44,702 bases of DNA from Eubacteriales bacterium (GCA_045657125.1 JAZOSM010000084.1:1-44702); one strand, 5' to 3'; positions 27,401 to 37,924 are shown, counted from the stretch's first letter. A program made the numbers and translations. The notes: generated by a model not told the origin, from the letters alone.

Positions 27401-30400
27401 TCCGTAAATCGGTGCATATCTGACAGCAAAAGAACTTTTGTTTTTGATCAGGATTTTCTCAAAACAAATTCCATCAAATCTGATTTTTGACCGTTCAATA
27501 TTTTCAATTGTAAGTTCTTCTCCCGATTCAAAAAAAGTACAGGTAAGTCCACCTTTTTCATGGTCAAATACATCTTTGGATCGATATAATAAGCGATTTT
27601 TTCCATCATCATAAGCAACAAAAGCAGTTTTTCCGTCGGTCATTAGTTTTCCGTTTTCCGCCTTAAGCTTAAGAGATAGATTTTCTCGCTTTGTTTTCAC
27701 TTCTTTAGAAGTATTTTCTCTGTTGAAATGTTTTCTTTGGTAGACCTTTCCTTCAATGGGAAAACGCTCTGCCAAGAGTTCTGTTTTTTCATTGAAACCC
27801 ATTCTCGACATAAAACGTTGGACGTTTTTTTGATCGCACAGAGCGTTTGCAATGGAAAGAAAGCTCATTCCTTTGTGATGAGCCATATAAGATCGAACCA
27901 CGCCAAAATCCATTGTACGACCGGATGAAAATTCTACTGCTTCAAAATATCCCATCGGACCCAAGCACCCTATTTTCTTCAACAAATCCAAATTCTTAAA
28001 TGAATGGACACCGCCTTTTGAAAGCATTAAAAAAGTAGAATACGGCGAAATTACCTTGCTGTCATATTTGCGTTCAACAATGGATAAATACGGAACGCCA
28101 AAAGCCATATATTGCAGATTTTCGTTATCATCTGTAAGAAGATATCCACTCTCGCTAATTCCGTAAATACTGCCGAATTCCCGATGTGCCGCATATTTCT
28201 TTTGACAATGATAGGCGAAATCCAGACTTTCATCTTCCAATGAGTTTTCTATGATTGGCAAAAACAGTGTGGGCATAAAATATTCAAAGCAAGTACCCGA
28301 CCAAGACCCGATTCCGACACGGCCTGCCAAGGATAAAACAGGTCTCTTTGTGGAATGCCAATGGGAAGGAGGAATTTGTCCCAAAGAAATGGCAAGAAAT
28401 GAGGTAATTCGTGCCTCACTCATATACAAATCGTAGTGAGAACCTCGAACCTTCTTATCATTTGTGAAAATCCCAACGTAAAATAAGTTTTCCGACCAAT
28501 CAAACAAACACTTAAAATTTGCGTTTTCGATTTCGGATTCAACCCTGGTTAACAGCTTCTTTGAATCACTGTTTTCGTGAGACCACTCTGCAAGAGCATT
28601 CGCTACGACAACCAGAGATGCAATATAATTTCCACTGTCCACCGTTGAAACAAAACGATCTCCGATTACATTCAGTGTATTCAGATCATACCAATTGTAA
28701 AGATGACCTTCATAATGTTCCATATTTTCAATGGAATCAAAGGCTTTTCCTATTAAATTCGTGCATTCTGCGGAAGATATTATCCCCAAATCTACCGCAC
28801 TGACCAATGAAGCAAGATAAAGGCCTATATTTGTAGGAGACGTTCTGTTAGCGATTTTTTCAACAGGTTCAAATTGAATATTGTCCGGAGGTAAAAAAGA
28901 ACTTTTTTCGTTGACCATATTTTGAAAAAAACGAAATTCAAGTATTGCAAATTCTTTTAATTTTCTTCTTTTTTTCTCATCAATTAAATCCGTTTCTACA
29001 TATTTTTCAGAGATTGCCAGCATAATAATCGGATAAAACAGAAAAGAAAGTGAAACAAAAAACAAGATTGATACTCTACTGAACATCAAAATGAAAGCTG
29101 AAATTAAAACAGATGGCAAATAAAAAAGCATCTGATCTTTATTTTGACCGCTGAACGGAGTATAAGTTTGCCATTCCAGTGTCTTTCTTTTCGATATAAA
29201 AGCACGATAAAAGCCGCGTAGCATAGCGTCCGAATAATGATACGCTTTGTGTGCGATTCCTGCAAAGGATAACAGGCGTTGATAAAGAGTGTTCAACAAA
29301 TGATTTCGTATTTTCGTTCTGAATCGTCTGCCAAACAATTGAAAATTTCGTGCAACGAGAAATTTTACAGCATCAAAAACAAGTGGATAGAATTCAAAAA
29401 TTACAACGGTCAAAGCGCAAATTGCCGCGCAATCTTTTGATACAAAGTTTGAAAAAACAAGAAGCGCCAGTTCTGCAAGCGGCAAAAAGTATCGAAGAAT
29501 GTTTTCCGCAGCAAAACAACAACGCAATCCCGGAATAATGGAGTAAAACGGTATATTCTGTACGTCCCCGCGGATCCACCTATGAATTCTTTTATCACTG
29601 CTGATGGCAGTTTGCGGATCGGAATCCATAAAATATTCATCACAGGCAATGGCCGATCGAAGCAGAGCACCCTCGATCATATCGTGACTTAAGATGCGCT
29701 GTTCGGGCAAAGTGTTACTGACAACGGACCGATATGCCTCCAAATCGATAATGCCCTTGCCGCAGAAGTTCCCTTCCTCGAATAAGGTTTGCATACTATC
29801 AAAGGCGGCTCCGGAATAAGGTAGTTCGCCGCTTCCGTTGCTGAATATTTTGGCATAAGGGGTAGTAATCGGCGTTAATAAAGATGGTGCTATCCGTGGC
29901 TGAATCAAACCGTGTCCTGACGTAACGTACTTTCTTCCGTTAGCCAATTTCGTTATGCGCGGTTGATTCAAGGGATGAATCATTTTTCCAATCAAGCGTT
30001 TTGCTTGACCTATACCAAGCTCCGTGTCGGAATCAAGAGTAATTAAATACTTACTTCCGACTACGTTACGATTTCCAAAAAAAGTAATGTTCTTTATCTC
30101 TGATCCAAATTTCAAAAACTCGGCAAACTGTTCAATTGCACCTCGTTTTCTTTCCCAACCGACGTATGAGTTCTCGCTTTCGTGGTAGACACGCTCTCTT
30201 ATTACGGCAAAATAGCAATCATTTTTTTCATTGAGACGATCTATTTCCTGTTTTAAAAGTTGAATGATATTTTCATCGTTTTTATGATTCTTACTTTTTG
30301 ACTGGGGCAGATCGCAAATCAATCCAAAATAAAGGCGGTCGTTTTCGCTTTTATTGTTTAAGCAATATTTTTCAAGTTTTTTAACGCTTTCAAACAGATC

Positions 30401-31348
30401 AGCTTCATTTGTAAGCAACGTCGTTATGGCTACAACCGTTTTTTCGCGATCCTCAACGGTTTCGCATTTCATTGCAGGCAAAATCTCAAAGTTTTTCGTC
30501 GCGGAATACACGTGATCAACAAACGACTTTGAAATAAAATACATAAGCGGAAAGGCTAAAAATCCGAGAAAAGCATTTTGAACAAAAAGAGACAATCCGA
30601 AGCAAAACAAACAAGAGAAAATAATGATCAATGAAAAATATGGCGGCTGAACGTGATTTTTGTTCAAATAAAAACCGATGTGCTTGTCATCTGCAACAGC
30701 GGACTTCAGCATTTCTTCGGCAACCTTTTCAACTGACATCTTATCTTTGCGAGCAATTTTTTCAATTCTGCTTCGATACAGCGCTTTTGTCGATTTCGTC
30801 ATCTTGGGATATACTCCCGCAGGGTCGAGACGCAGAATTTTTTCAAGTGGAGAAAATTGAATCGACAATTTGAAAAAATCAATTCCTGAAAAATTGTGAA
30901 TACACTGAATCAATTGCGGTATTTTTTCTGCATCAATTTCCACACATCGTTCCAATTCAAGAAATACAGACAAGATCAACGCCGATCCAATAGAATTCAA
31001 TTCTTTTTCGTCAATAGAATATTTTCGTGTAAATTCATCAAAAACGGAAAAGATATCTTCTTTTTCGCCGAAGAATCCCTCCAGAAGAATTACCTTTCTC
31101 AAAAAATTCAGTAATTCAATTCGAATTTTGATTTCACGAAAAACAAGATTCTTCCCTATTTTGAGTAAAAAATGATAATTTTCTACCAGCCAACGAAAGT
31201 TATCATCATTGGAATTTGTATTCGAATCAATTTTTCTTTCTATCTCTCTGATAGATTTTTTTAATTTAGATTTTAATTCAGTTTTTGTATAAAAATTGTT
31301 TGAAAGCGTGGTTTCATTTACCAAAACACGAATCAATTCCGTATTCAT
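24422..31348 (-). CDS. cyclic beta-1,2-glucan synthase-like multidomain protein (membrane GT domain + GH94-like phosphorylase domain)
   Basis: 2308 aa. TM clusters flank a GT domain (TLDSDTE, HRWIRGD). A central alpha/alpha-barrel-like region contains LYNWYDL. The C-terminus is GH94-like (RDQLQD, GGQYTHAAVW, GGWSWYTGAASW). Confidence 0.8.
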   Translation of the reverse strand: MNTELIRVLVNETTLSNNFYTKTELKSKLKKSIREIERKIDSNTNSNDDNFRWLVENYHFLLKIGKNLVFREIKIRIELLNFLRKVILLEGFFGEKEDIFSVFDEFTRKYSIDEKELNSIGSALILSVFLELERCVEIDAEKIPQLIQCIHNFSGIDFFKLSIQFSPLEKILRLDPAGVYPKMTKSTKALYRSRIEKIARKDKMSVEKVAEEMLKSAVADDKHIGFYLNKNHVQPPYFSLIIIFSCLFCFGLSLFVQNAFLGFLAFPLMYFISKSFVDHVYSATKNFEILPAMKCETVEDREKTVVAITTLLTNEADLFESVKKLEKYCLNNKSENDRLYFGLICDLPQSKSKNHKNDENIIQLLKQEIDRLNEKNDCYFAVIRERVYHESENSYVGWERKRGAIEQFAEFLKFGSEIKNITFFGNRNVVGSKYLITLDSDTELGIGQAKRLIGKMIHPLNQPRITKLANGRKYVTSGHGLIQPRIAPSLLTPITTPYAKIFSNGSGELPYSGAAFDSMQTLFEEGNFCGKGIIDLEAYRSVVSNTLPEQRILSHDMIEGALLRSAIACDEYFMDSDPQTAISSDKRIHRWIRGDVQNIPFYSIIPGLRCCFAAENILRYFLPLAELALLVFSNFVSKDCAAICALTVVIFEFYPLVFDAVKFLVARNFQLFGRRFRTKIRNHLLNTLYQRLLSFAGIAHKAYHYSDAMLRGFYRAFISKRKTLEWQTYTPFSGQNKDQMLFYLPSVLISAFILMFSRVSILFFVSLSFLFYPIIMLAISEKYVETDLIDEKKRRKLKEFAILEFRFFQNMVNEKSSFLPPDNIQFEPVEKIANRTSPTNIGLYLASLVSAVDLGIISSAECTNLIGKAFDSIENMEHYEGHLYNWYDLNTLNVIGDRFVSTVDSGNYIASLVVVANALAEWSHENSDSKKLLTRVESEIENANFKCLFDWSENLFYVGIFTNDKKVRGSHYDLYMSEARITSFLAISLGQIPPSHWHSTKRPVLSLAGRVGIGSWSGTCFEYFMPTLFLPIIENSLEDESLDFAYHCQKKYAAHREFGSIYGISESGYLLTDDNENLQYMAFGVPYLSIVERKYDSKVISPYSTFLMLSKGGVHSFKNLDLLKKIGCLGPMGYFEAVEFSSGRTMDFGVVRSYMAHHKGMSFLSIANALCDQKNVQRFMSRMGFNEKTELLAERFPIEGKVYQRKHFNRENTSKEVKTKRENLSLKLKAENGKLMTDGKTAFVAYDDGKNRLLYRSKDVFDHEKGGLTCTFFESGEELTIENIERSKIRFDGICFEKILIKNKSSFAVRYAPIYGKNAFFMRMEVNGVSENCRVEVDFHFLYQALEVYRAHSAFHNLSLEGCAGENKLILRRRGTEKHDVVLIYSSKPFKTKFSHFKESESFDWRMLYDSDVKIIFDLESAESLVIPLVFSFDNDSSLLSEEIFDGSYQFSKNMREISLHKLSRFHETCHLDRYSLNCLNEMLLLLNATENFYQTDFDSSQKNQLWKYGISGDRKIISLFLESSDKTALKCLKSYISAFKALVLSGINLFDFVILHEKSCGYFDHKREALSNIVSQLQCEFLIGKHPGIHFVVCEEMDLKFWKSVSARLVYRGNVVGMDEIKEKQMRIFKSSSNLSSDADEVGKFQNNGFVISKEKFNPNVPFSHVVSAPNIGFVCNQNSLGFTWFRNSGLNRISRWDNLPSGDDGEKIFLSKDGIEYDLLQIARNISYKSSMAIYEGEIFGEQYSVFATLIKEFSAKSIVVILSNQLKDSKLIFSFVPSLGQFANKNVFVDLKDDVFRISPAIYDDYFGKSFFSSLDKKASCFKSQNRLCFAVNSGEENFFFLGGYTNETHLEFIRGGLKERAKEMILSNIKKSVNRVQKMNLQEFWLQYQVLHSRFYGRTGLYQSSGAYGFRDQLQDCLSFIKNDPQRTRVHLIRCASHQFEEGDVLHWWHTIRNEEKWDPGVRTRCSDDYLWLIYGVTVYMDQTGDDSILNVEIPFLIGEELNECEKEKYISTCRGKSESMLVHLEKAAKLFLSKGLGENNLPDIGIGDWNDGMNSVEGDSVWLAFFSAICLNRVKKHLSMQTQAEIECVLGKLKSGLEKSFNGSWFVRAHRRNGQVLGNDRLLQSECSIDLITQAFAAFYNLEFRETKHKLDNEMVLSSLNAAFEILVDSKHRIIKLFDKPFVNTEPSPGYIQRYCAGVRENGGQYTHAAVWFAMAMLDFGKELKDDQLIKKARTLTEILDPTINVKRELFERYQREPYVLCGDIYAAKGFRGHGGWSWYTGAASWYLQLLEKWKEIEKDSRE

Positions 31349-31523
31349 CTTTTACCTTCCCAATTTATAATGTTCTTTTATTATGAAATAAAAATCAAAT
31401 TGATATTCAAATCCTCCCGAAATTAACGAAAAGACTTGCTTTTTTTTGAGTTTTGCTGTAAAATAAATTGATTATATGCATGTGCTATTGCCACATATAA
31501 AATATTAAAATCCGAGGTTGATT

Positions 31524-34154
31524 ATGGCACAAATATTGGAAAAAAATTACGACCCAAAAAGTTTTGAGGACAGAATTTATAACACTTGGTGTGAAAAAGG
31601 TTTCTTCAAGCCTTCCGAGGATTCCGAAGCACCGTCATATACAATTGTTATCCCCCCTCCAAACATTACCGGTCAGCTTCACATGGGTCATGCGCTGGAT
31701 AATACCCTGCAGGATATTTTAATTCGATACAAAAGAATGCGCGGTTTCTGCACCCTTTGGCTTCCCGGCACTGACCACGCTTCTATTGCAACCGAAGCGA
31801 AAATTGTTGAAGCTATGCGCAAAGAAGGTATTACAAAAGACGACATCGGACGCGAAGGCTTCTTGAAGCGCGCTTGGGAATGGAAAGAACAGTACGGCGG
31901 ACGTATTATTTCCCAGTTAAAGAAGCTTGGTTCTTCCTGTGACTGGTCAAGAGAGCGCTTTACTATGGACGAAGGCTGCTCTAAGGCTGTTAAAGAAGTA
32001 TTTGTTCGACTTTATGAAAAAGATTTGATTTATCGCGGCGAACGAATTATTAACTGGTGTCCCCATTGCTTAACTTCTATTTCCGATGCAGAGGTTGAAT
32101 ACGAGGATCAAGCAGGTCATTTTTGGCATCTGCGTTATCCCTTAAAAGACGGTAGCGGTTACTTGGAATTGGCTACCACCCGTCCCGAAACTTTGCTCGG
32201 CGATACTGCCGTTGCCGTAAACCCCAATGATGAACGTTATCGTGATTTAGTCGGCAAAATGCTGATTCTTCCGTTGGTAGGCAGAGAAATCCCCGTAGTT
32301 GCAGATGATTACGTTGAAATGGATTTCGGAACCGGCGTGGTTAAAATTACCCCTGCGCACGACCCCAACGACTTTGAAGTCGGCAAACGCCACAACCTTG
32401 AAATCATTAACTGCATGACGGACGATGCCAAAATCACCGAAGATTACCCCAAGTATGCAGGTATGGATCGTTACGAGGCAAGAAAAGCTATTGTTAAAGA
32501 TTTGGATGAGCAAGGTTTCTTGATTAAAACCGAGGATTACAATCATAACGTCGGTACTTGTTATCGCTGCGGAACCACGGTAGAACCCAGAGTTTCTATG
32601 CAGTGGTTTGTAAAAATGGAGCCCTTGGCAAAACCTGCTATCGAAGCTGTTGAAAACGGTGATATTCGTTTCATTCCCGAAAGATTCAGCAAAAACTATT
32701 TCCATTGGATGAGAAACATCCGCGACTGGTGTATTTCCCGTCAGCTTTGGTGGGGCCATAGAATTCCCGCCTTCTTCTGTGACGATTGCGGTGAAATGGT
32801 CGTTACCAAAGATGAAAGCGCCGTTTGTCACAAGTGCGGCAAGGCAATGCGTCAGGATCCTGATACCCTTGATACTTGGTTCTCCTCTGCTCTTTGGCCT
32901 TTCTCCACCCTTGGTTGGCCTGAAGAAACCGCAGATTTGAAGCGTTTTTATCCCACTGACACGCTTGTTACCGGTTACGATATCATTACTTTCTGGGTTT
33001 CCAGAATGATTTTCTCCGGTCTTGAATATATGGATCAAAAGCCTTTCAGCGACGTTTTGATTCACGGTCTTGTTCGCGATGCACAAGGCAGAAAAATGTC
33101 CAAATCTTTGGGCAATGGTATCGATCCCCTGTTGATCATTGACCAGTACGGCGCAGACGCGCTTCGTTTCGCTTTGGCAACCAACAACTCTCCCGGAAAC
33201 GATATGCGTTTCTCTGATGAAAAAATCGAGTCCGCACGTAACTTTGCAAACAAACTTTGGAATGCCGCGCGTTTTATTTTGATGAATCTGGATATTGAGG
33301 AAGTTGTTTCGCCCGAATCCGTTGATGGTCTTGCCATTGAAGACAAGTGGATTCTTTCCAAGTTTAACACTCTTGCCTCAGAGGTTAGTGACAACCTTGA
33401 CAAGTACGAACTTGGTATTGCACTTGCTAAATTGTACGATTTCATTTGGGATCTGTTCTGCGACTGGTATATCGAGCTTGTTAAGCCCAGATTGCTCGAT
33501 CCTGAATGCAGCACTCGTGTTGCGGCACAAAATACACTCGCTTACGTATTCTCTAGCACCATGCAGCTGCTTCATCCCTTTATGCCCTTTATTACTGAAG
33601 AAATTTGGCAGAAATTCCCCCACAAGGGCGAAAGCATTATGATTTCTTCTTGGCCCACCGCAAAAGCTGAGCTTTCCTTTATTTCTGAAGAAGATGCTAT
33701 GAAGCGTATCATCGACGTCATTTCTGCAATTCGTAACCGCAGAAGCGAAATGAATGTTCCCGCTTCCAAGAAAGTGCCGATTTTCATTCAGAGCGCATTC
33801 CACAACGATTTCCGTGAAAGTGTAGCATTCTTAACCAGACTTGCAAGCGCAAGTTCCATCTCCTTCGAAAAGGAATATAACCCTGAGGAGTGCGTTTCCA
33901 TCGTTACAGAATCTGCCAGCGTATTCATTCCTTTGTTTGAACTTCTTGACGTAGAGAAGGAAAAAGAAAGACTTGCGGGAGAGAAAAAGAAAGTTCTTGC
34001 GGAAATCGAAAGAATTGATAAGAAGCTTTCTAACGAACAGTTTGTAAGCAAAGCTCCCGAGAAGGTAGTTGCTGCAGAGCGCGAAAAATTGGAGGGTTAC
34101 AAAAACACCTTGGCAAACATCGAAGAAACCATTGCGACTCTGTTCAAAAAATAA
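31524..34154 (+). CDS. valS: valine--tRNA ligase
   Basis: HIGH ([11 protein letters not shown]), KMSKS, and a C-terminal coiled coil. ATG at 31524 follows GAGG. Confidence 0.93.
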   Translation: MAQILEKNYDPKSFEDRIYNTWCEKGFFKPSEDSEAPSYTIVIPPPNITGQLHMGHALDNTLQDILIRYKRMRGFCTLWLPGTDHASIATEAKIVEAMRKEGITKDDIGREGFLKRAWEWKEQYGGRIISQLKKLGSSCDWSRERFTMDEGCSKAVKEVFVRLYEKDLIYRGERIINWCPHCLTSISDAEVEYEDQAGHFWHLRYPLKDGSGYLELATTRPETLLGDTAVAVNPNDERYRDLVGKMLILPLVGREIPVVADDYVEMDFGTGVVKITPAHDPNDFEVGKRHNLEIINCMTDDAKITEDYPKYAGMDRYEARKAIVKDLDEQGFLIKTEDYNHNVGTCYRCGTTVEPRVSMQWFVKMEPLAKPAIEAVENGDIRFIPERFSKNYFHWMRNIRDWCISRQLWWGHRIPAFFCDDCGEMVVTKDESAVCHKCGKAMRQDPDTLDTWFSSALWPFSTLGWPEETADLKRFYPTDTLVTGYDIITFWVSRMIFSGLEYMDQKPFSDVLIHGLVRDAQGRKMSKSLGNGIDPLLIIDQYGADALRFALATNNSPGNDMRFSDEKIESARNFANKLWNAARFILMNLDIEEVVSPESVDGLAIEDKWILSKFNTLASEVSDNLDKYELGIALAKLYDFIWDLFCDWYIELVKPRLLDPECSTRVAAQNTLAYVFSSTMQLLHPFMPFITEEIWQKFPHKGESIMISSWPTAKAELSFISEEDAMKRIIDVISAIRNRRSEMNVPASKKVPIFIQSAFHNDFRESVAFLTRLASASSISFEKEYNPEECVSIVTESASVFIPLFELLDVEKEKERLAGEKKKVLAEIERIDKKLSNEQFVSKAPEKVVAAEREKLEGYKNTLANIEETIATLFKK

Positions 34155-34167
34155 TTCTACAAAAAAT

Positions 34168-34200
34168 AAAAACACGCCGAAATTCGGCGTTTTTTTATTT
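34168..34200. terminator. bidirectional terminator between valS and ispF
   Basis: A-run, stem ACGCCG / CGGCGT, T-run. Confidence 0.7.
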
Positions 34201-34261
34201 TTTTTAAAGCAAGCTTGTGCTAAATTCAATTGCATTCTTTGGGAATCAGCATATCGACTGA

Positions 34262-34744
34262 TTACTTTTTGCACATAATACAAACAGCGTGAGCAGAAAT
34301 ACCTTCTTCTCTGCCGGTAAATCCAAGTTTTTCCTCAGTTGTCGCTTTCACGTTAACGCAATTTGTCTCCAAAGACAAAGCATCGGCAATCCGTCTTACC
34401 ATTTCCGGAATAAAAGCGGCAATTTTAGGTTTTTGTGCAACAACGATTGAATCCACGTTGGAGATGAAATAGCCTTCTTTGGAACAAATTTCAGCAGTTT
34501 TATGCAAAATGAAGCTTCCACTCATTCCTCGAAAAGCTTCATCTGTATCAGGAAAATGCTTTCCGATGTCCCCTAACCCGCAAGCGCCAAGCATAGCATC
34601 CGCAATGGCGTGGCAAAGAACGTCAGCATCCGAATGACCAAGAAGCCCGAAGTAGTGAGGGATCTCAACACATCCAAGGAACAATTTTCTTCCTTCCACG
34701 AGGCGGTGTACATCATAACCATTACCAATTCTGATATCAGACAT
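34262..34744 (-). CDS. ispF: 2-C-methyl-D-erythritol 2,4-cyclodiphosphate synthase
   Basis: IGNGYDVHRL and GHSDADVLCHA motifs. Confidence 0.9.
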   Translation of the reverse strand: MSDIRIGNGYDVHRLVEGRKLFLGCVEIPHYFGLLGHSDADVLCHAIADAMLGACGLGDIGKHFPDTDEAFRGMSGSFILHKTAEICSKEGYFISNVDSIVVAQKPKIAAFIPEMVRRIADALSLETNCVNVKATTEEKLGFTGREEGISAHAVCIMCKK

Positions 34745-35501
34745 TTTCTCTCTCCTTCAATATTGCGGAAATCGTAACCAGATCGTCTTCGGTCGTTAAT
34801 TTCAAATTAGGACCGTCCAGTTCAACTAATTTAACACCAAACCCTGCGTGCTCTGCCAAAGAGCAATCGTCAGTAACGGAAAAACAATCTTTTTCAGCCA
34901 GAGCAAGAGCAACGCGATACAAATCCGTCTTAAAAACCTGCGGCGTTTGAACACAATACAAATCATCCCGCGGAACGGTTTCAACAATCATTGCATTCTT
35001 ATCTGCGCGTTTCATGGTATCGGCGCATTTTTTTGCTGCCGCCGCCGCGCCGTAACGATTTGCAAAATCAAGTAACTTCGAAATTTGATGAGAACAAATC
35101 AAAGGTCTTGCGGCGTCGTGTACAGCAACCATATTACTCTTTTTTGAAATTGCAAAAAAACCTTTGGCAACAGACTCTTGACGAGTATTGCCGCCCGAGA
35201 TGATTGCGGATACTTTAGACAAATTATAGGTTTCGCAAAGATCTGAAATTTCGTCCTCTTGTCCTTCGCGCACAACAACTACAATTTCATCAATGGATTT
35301 GCACTCTTGAAAAGCCAATAATGAATACAGGATACAAGGCTTACCGCAAAGATCCCTCAACTGTTTTGGCTTACCGCCGAGGCGTGTACCGCTTCCTCCA
35401 CCTGTTATAATTGCGGAAGCGAAGCGCTTTTCATAATCCCCCGGGAACAATCGATGCAAGGAATTATTAAATTTTACAGCAGCAATTTCAACTTTATTCA
35501 T
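34737..35501 (-). CDS. ispD: 2-C-methyl-D-erythritol 4-phosphate cytidylyltransferase
   Basis: GGGSGTRLG...KQ and VHDAARP motifs. Overlaps ispF. Confidence 0.88.
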   Translation of the reverse strand: MNKVEIAAVKFNNSLHRLFPGDYEKRFASAIITGGGSGTRLGGKPKQLRDLCGKPCILYSLLAFQECKSIDEIVVVVREGQEDEISDLCETYNLSKVSAIISGGNTRQESVAKGFFAISKKSNMVAVHDAARPLICSHQISKLLDFANRYGAAAAAKKCADTMKRADKNAMIVETVPRDDLYCVQTPQVFKTDLYRVALALAEKDCFSVTDDCSLAEHAGFGVKLVELDGPNLKLTTEDDLVTISAILKERENV

Positions 35502-35533
35502 TGTTGATTCCTTTCGACAAATCTTCTCCCCCT

Positions 35534-35562
35534 ATTATAATACACAATCTCTTGACTTTCAA
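35534..35562 (-). promoter_or_regulatory. sigma-A-type promoter for ispDF
   Basis: On the - strand: TTGAAA, 17-nt spacer, TATAAT. Confidence 0.5.
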
Positions 35563-35580
35563 GCCTTCTTTTGTTAGAAT
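35552..35580 (+). promoter_or_regulatory. sigma-A-type promoter for the solute-binding protein gene
   Basis: TTGACT, 17-nt spacer, TAGAAT. Its -35 overlaps that of the divergent ispD promoter. Confidence 0.5.
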
Positions 35581-35601
35581 AAAATAAGAAAGTGGTGTAA
35601 T

Positions 35602-37044
35602 ATGAAAAAAAATAAAATCTACTCTATCGTAATTGTTTTGCTTTGTTTTACATTTCTTCTCACCTCTTGTTCTTCAAAGCCAACCACCGAAGAACAAAAG
35701 CAAAGTGAGACGGTTCTTTTCGAAACCGAAGAAACAATACAGCAAACCCAAGAACCCAACAATTACGATCAAATCCTGTCAAAGCGCATTGAAAAAGATT
35801 TTCAAGGAAAAAGCTTTAGAATCGCAACGGATAATACCGATTTAGTCCTTGCAGACGGCGGTGAAAGTCTCCTCGGAAAAGAACAATATCTGCGCAACGA
35901 TGCCATCGAAAGAAAATATAACGTTAAAATCACTTTAACGGAAGAAAGCGGATTATCTACCGTAGCAGATCGTATTAAAACAGAAGCCTTAGCAGGTACC
36001 GATTATTGTGATTTGATTTTGCTCGAATCTCCTACTTTTCAATCTTTGGCAAGTTCAAAAATTCTTTTGAACGTTCAATCCATTCCCTATTTAGATATCA
36101 ATGCCGATTTTTTCTTTGATCGTTCTCTCGAAGCTACCACGGTAGGCAATTTCAGTTACGGAATAGCAGGCGATTTGGTCTATAATCCGGAAGATCTGCA
36201 GGTTGTTTTTTTCAACAAAACGCTTTTATCCAAGATCCCTTTGCCCGATATTTACTCCTTGGTCGATAGCAATCAATGGGACTGGGAAAATTTTCTTCTT
36301 TATTCGGAAGAAATCTATACCTTAACACGTTCTACCGGTTCAAACGTTTACGGAACCCTTTCCACCAATACTCAGGAAGATCTCATTAAAATTTTTTGGG
36401 CAGCCGGCGGCATGGACTTTATGAAAAATGAATACGGTGGGCGTCCCGAACTCATCTACAACAACGAAAAGACTCTTGAGTTTATTGATCAGTTCAGCAA
36501 TCTCTTTTTAAGAAGCCCTGCTTACAGCACCGTTCATATTCAAGAAAGTGCAGTTCCCGCTTTTAAAAATGGAGAAAGCTTGTTTTTAATCGGTCCGATG
36601 AACCTTGCAAAAGAGCTCTCGGGAAGCGGAATCAATTGGGGCGTTGCTCCGATACCCAAATTTGATATCAACCAAAAGCAATTTTTCTCTTACGGAAGTC
36701 AAAACTACGCTCTGGCAGGTTTTGCCAAAGGTACGGGCGATTTGAATTTTTCAGGAATCATCACCTCCGCCCTCTTTTCAACGTCAAAAGGTATGAATCA
36801 AAAGTTTGCGGTACAAAGTTATATGAATCTTTATTTTTCTACACTCGACGATGCTCGTATGATGGAAAAAATCATGGAGTCCCCCTATTATGACCCCGTA
36901 GAGTTTTTCGGACAGATTGATACTTCATATACCGCGGCAACGCAAACATTACTTTACAGAACCACATACAACGGAATTGATTTTAACGAACTGTATGATC
37001 AATATTCCAAAATGTTCAATAAGTATTTAGATACTATTTTATAG
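35602..37044 (+). CDS. ABC-transporter extracellular solute-binding lipoprotein (sugar-type family 1)
   Basis: Signal peptide with lipobox LLTSC; size and SBP-like sequence fit. Confidence 0.72.
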   Translation: MKKNKIYSIVIVLLCFTFLLTSCSSKPTTEEQKQSETVLFETEETIQQTQEPNNYDQILSKRIEKDFQGKSFRIATDNTDLVLADGGESLLGKEQYLRNDAIERKYNVKITLTEESGLSTVADRIKTEALAGTDYCDLILLESPTFQSLASSKILLNVQSIPYLDINADFFFDRSLEATTVGNFSYGIAGDLVYNPEDLQVVFFNKTLLSKIPLPDIYSLVDSNQWDWENFLLYSEEIYTLTRSTGSNVYGTLSTNTQEDLIKIFWAAGGMDFMKNEYGGRPELIYNNEKTLEFIDQFSNLFLRSPAYSTVHIQESAVPAFKNGESLFLIGPMNLAKELSGSGINWGVAPIPKFDINQKQFFSYGSQNYALAGFAKGTGDLNFSGIITSALFSTSKGMNQKFAVQSYMNLYFSTLDDARMMEKIMESPYYDPVEFFGQIDTSYTAATQTLLYRTTYNGIDFNELYDQYSKMFNKYLDTIL

Positions 37045-37055
37045 AGAGGTAGAAA

Positions 37056-37151
37056 ATGAAAAAGAATTTTAAAATTTGGTTTGTAAGAATTTTAGCGATC
37101 GTTCTTGCGCTTCTTTTTGTTTTAACGCTGTTCTTACCCGCTTTCAACTAA
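37056..37151 (+). CDS. unannotated 31-aa hydrophobic micropeptide
   Basis: Own translation: MKKNFKIWFVRILAIVLALLFVLTLFLPAFN. AGAGGT RBS 6 nt upstream, and a terminator follows. Confidence 0.4.
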   Translation: MKKNFKIWFVRILAIVLALLFVLTLFLPAFN

Positions 37152-37164
37152 AAACAATACTACA

Positions 37165-37194
37165 AAAAAATGCAGGCATTTGCCTGCATTTTTT
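37165..37194. terminator. bidirectional terminator
   Basis: A7, stem TGCAGGCA / TGCCTGCA, T6. Confidence 0.7.
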
Positions 37195-37924
37195 ATATTT
37201 TCAAAATCATATATCCTGAAGAAAACGTTTGTACCTTCCCATCAATTTCAATCAAAAGAGAAAAATCATTTCCGATACCAACGCATATGCCTTGAACACA
37301 ATTTTCATGAGATGTAATTTCAACCGTCTTGCCTATATGAACACATCGATTTTTGTATTCCGAAAGCAAGGCAGCTTGATCTGAATTCGAAAATTTTTGA
37401 ATGTTATTATACATAGAACAGATCAGCAAAATAAGTGAATCATGATCATAGGAATTCGAAACCCATCCTAAGCGGTCCTGTAATTCCGTTGGTATTGTTT
37501 CAGGTTTTATAAGGTTAATGCCGATGCCAATCAAAAGATAATCGTCTACCAATTGACACAAGACCCCAGCTACCTTTTTTTGATCGATATAAATGTCGTT
37601 AACCCATTTTACCCCGCATTTTACTGAAAAAGCTTCTTCAAGCGAGTTGCAAAGAGCCAAGGCAACAATCGGAGTAAAATCAAGTAACGAAAAACGTTCT
37701 GCCTTTAATGAAAACGTCAAATAAAGGCCGCTGTCTTTCGGAGAATAAAAACTCTTGCCGACTCTGCCTCGACCATCGGTTTGTTCAGAAGCGATTACAA
37801 CACCCTCAAACGGGTTGCCTGATTTTATTCTCCTGCTGCAATACAAGCTGGTAGAATCAATGACGTCGAAACAAAGCGTGGAAAGCCCAAGATCTTGTTC
37901 CAGACGTTCTGCATCAATCTCCAT
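37193..37924 (-). CDS. birA: biotin--protein ligase (group I, no HTH domain)
   Basis: QTDGRGRVGKSFYSP and KWVNDIY motifs. Confidence 0.85.
   Translation of the reverse strand: MEIDAERLEQDLGLSTLCFDVIDSTSLYCSRRIKSGNPFEGVVIASEQTDGRGRVGKSFYSPKDSGLYLTFSLKAERFSLLDFTPIVALALCNSLEEAFSVKCGVKWVNDIYIDQKKVAGVLCQLVDDYLLIGIGINLIKPETIPTELQDRLGWVSNSYDHDSLILLICSMYNNIQKFSNSDQAALLSEYKNRCVHIGKTVEITSHENCVQGICVGIGNDFSLLIEIDGKVQTFSSGYMILKI

Noticed and set aside
31349-31523. Expected T-box leader upstream of valS
   Set aside because: The intergenic region is only ~175 nt and AT-rich. I could find no specifier-loop or T-box (AGGGTGGTACCGCG-like) sequence and no terminator/antiterminator pair.
32247-33086. 279-aa - strand ORF, plus several further antisense ORFs at 33062-34283
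   Set aside because: They are shadow ORFs inside valS, with no RBS and no family resemblance.
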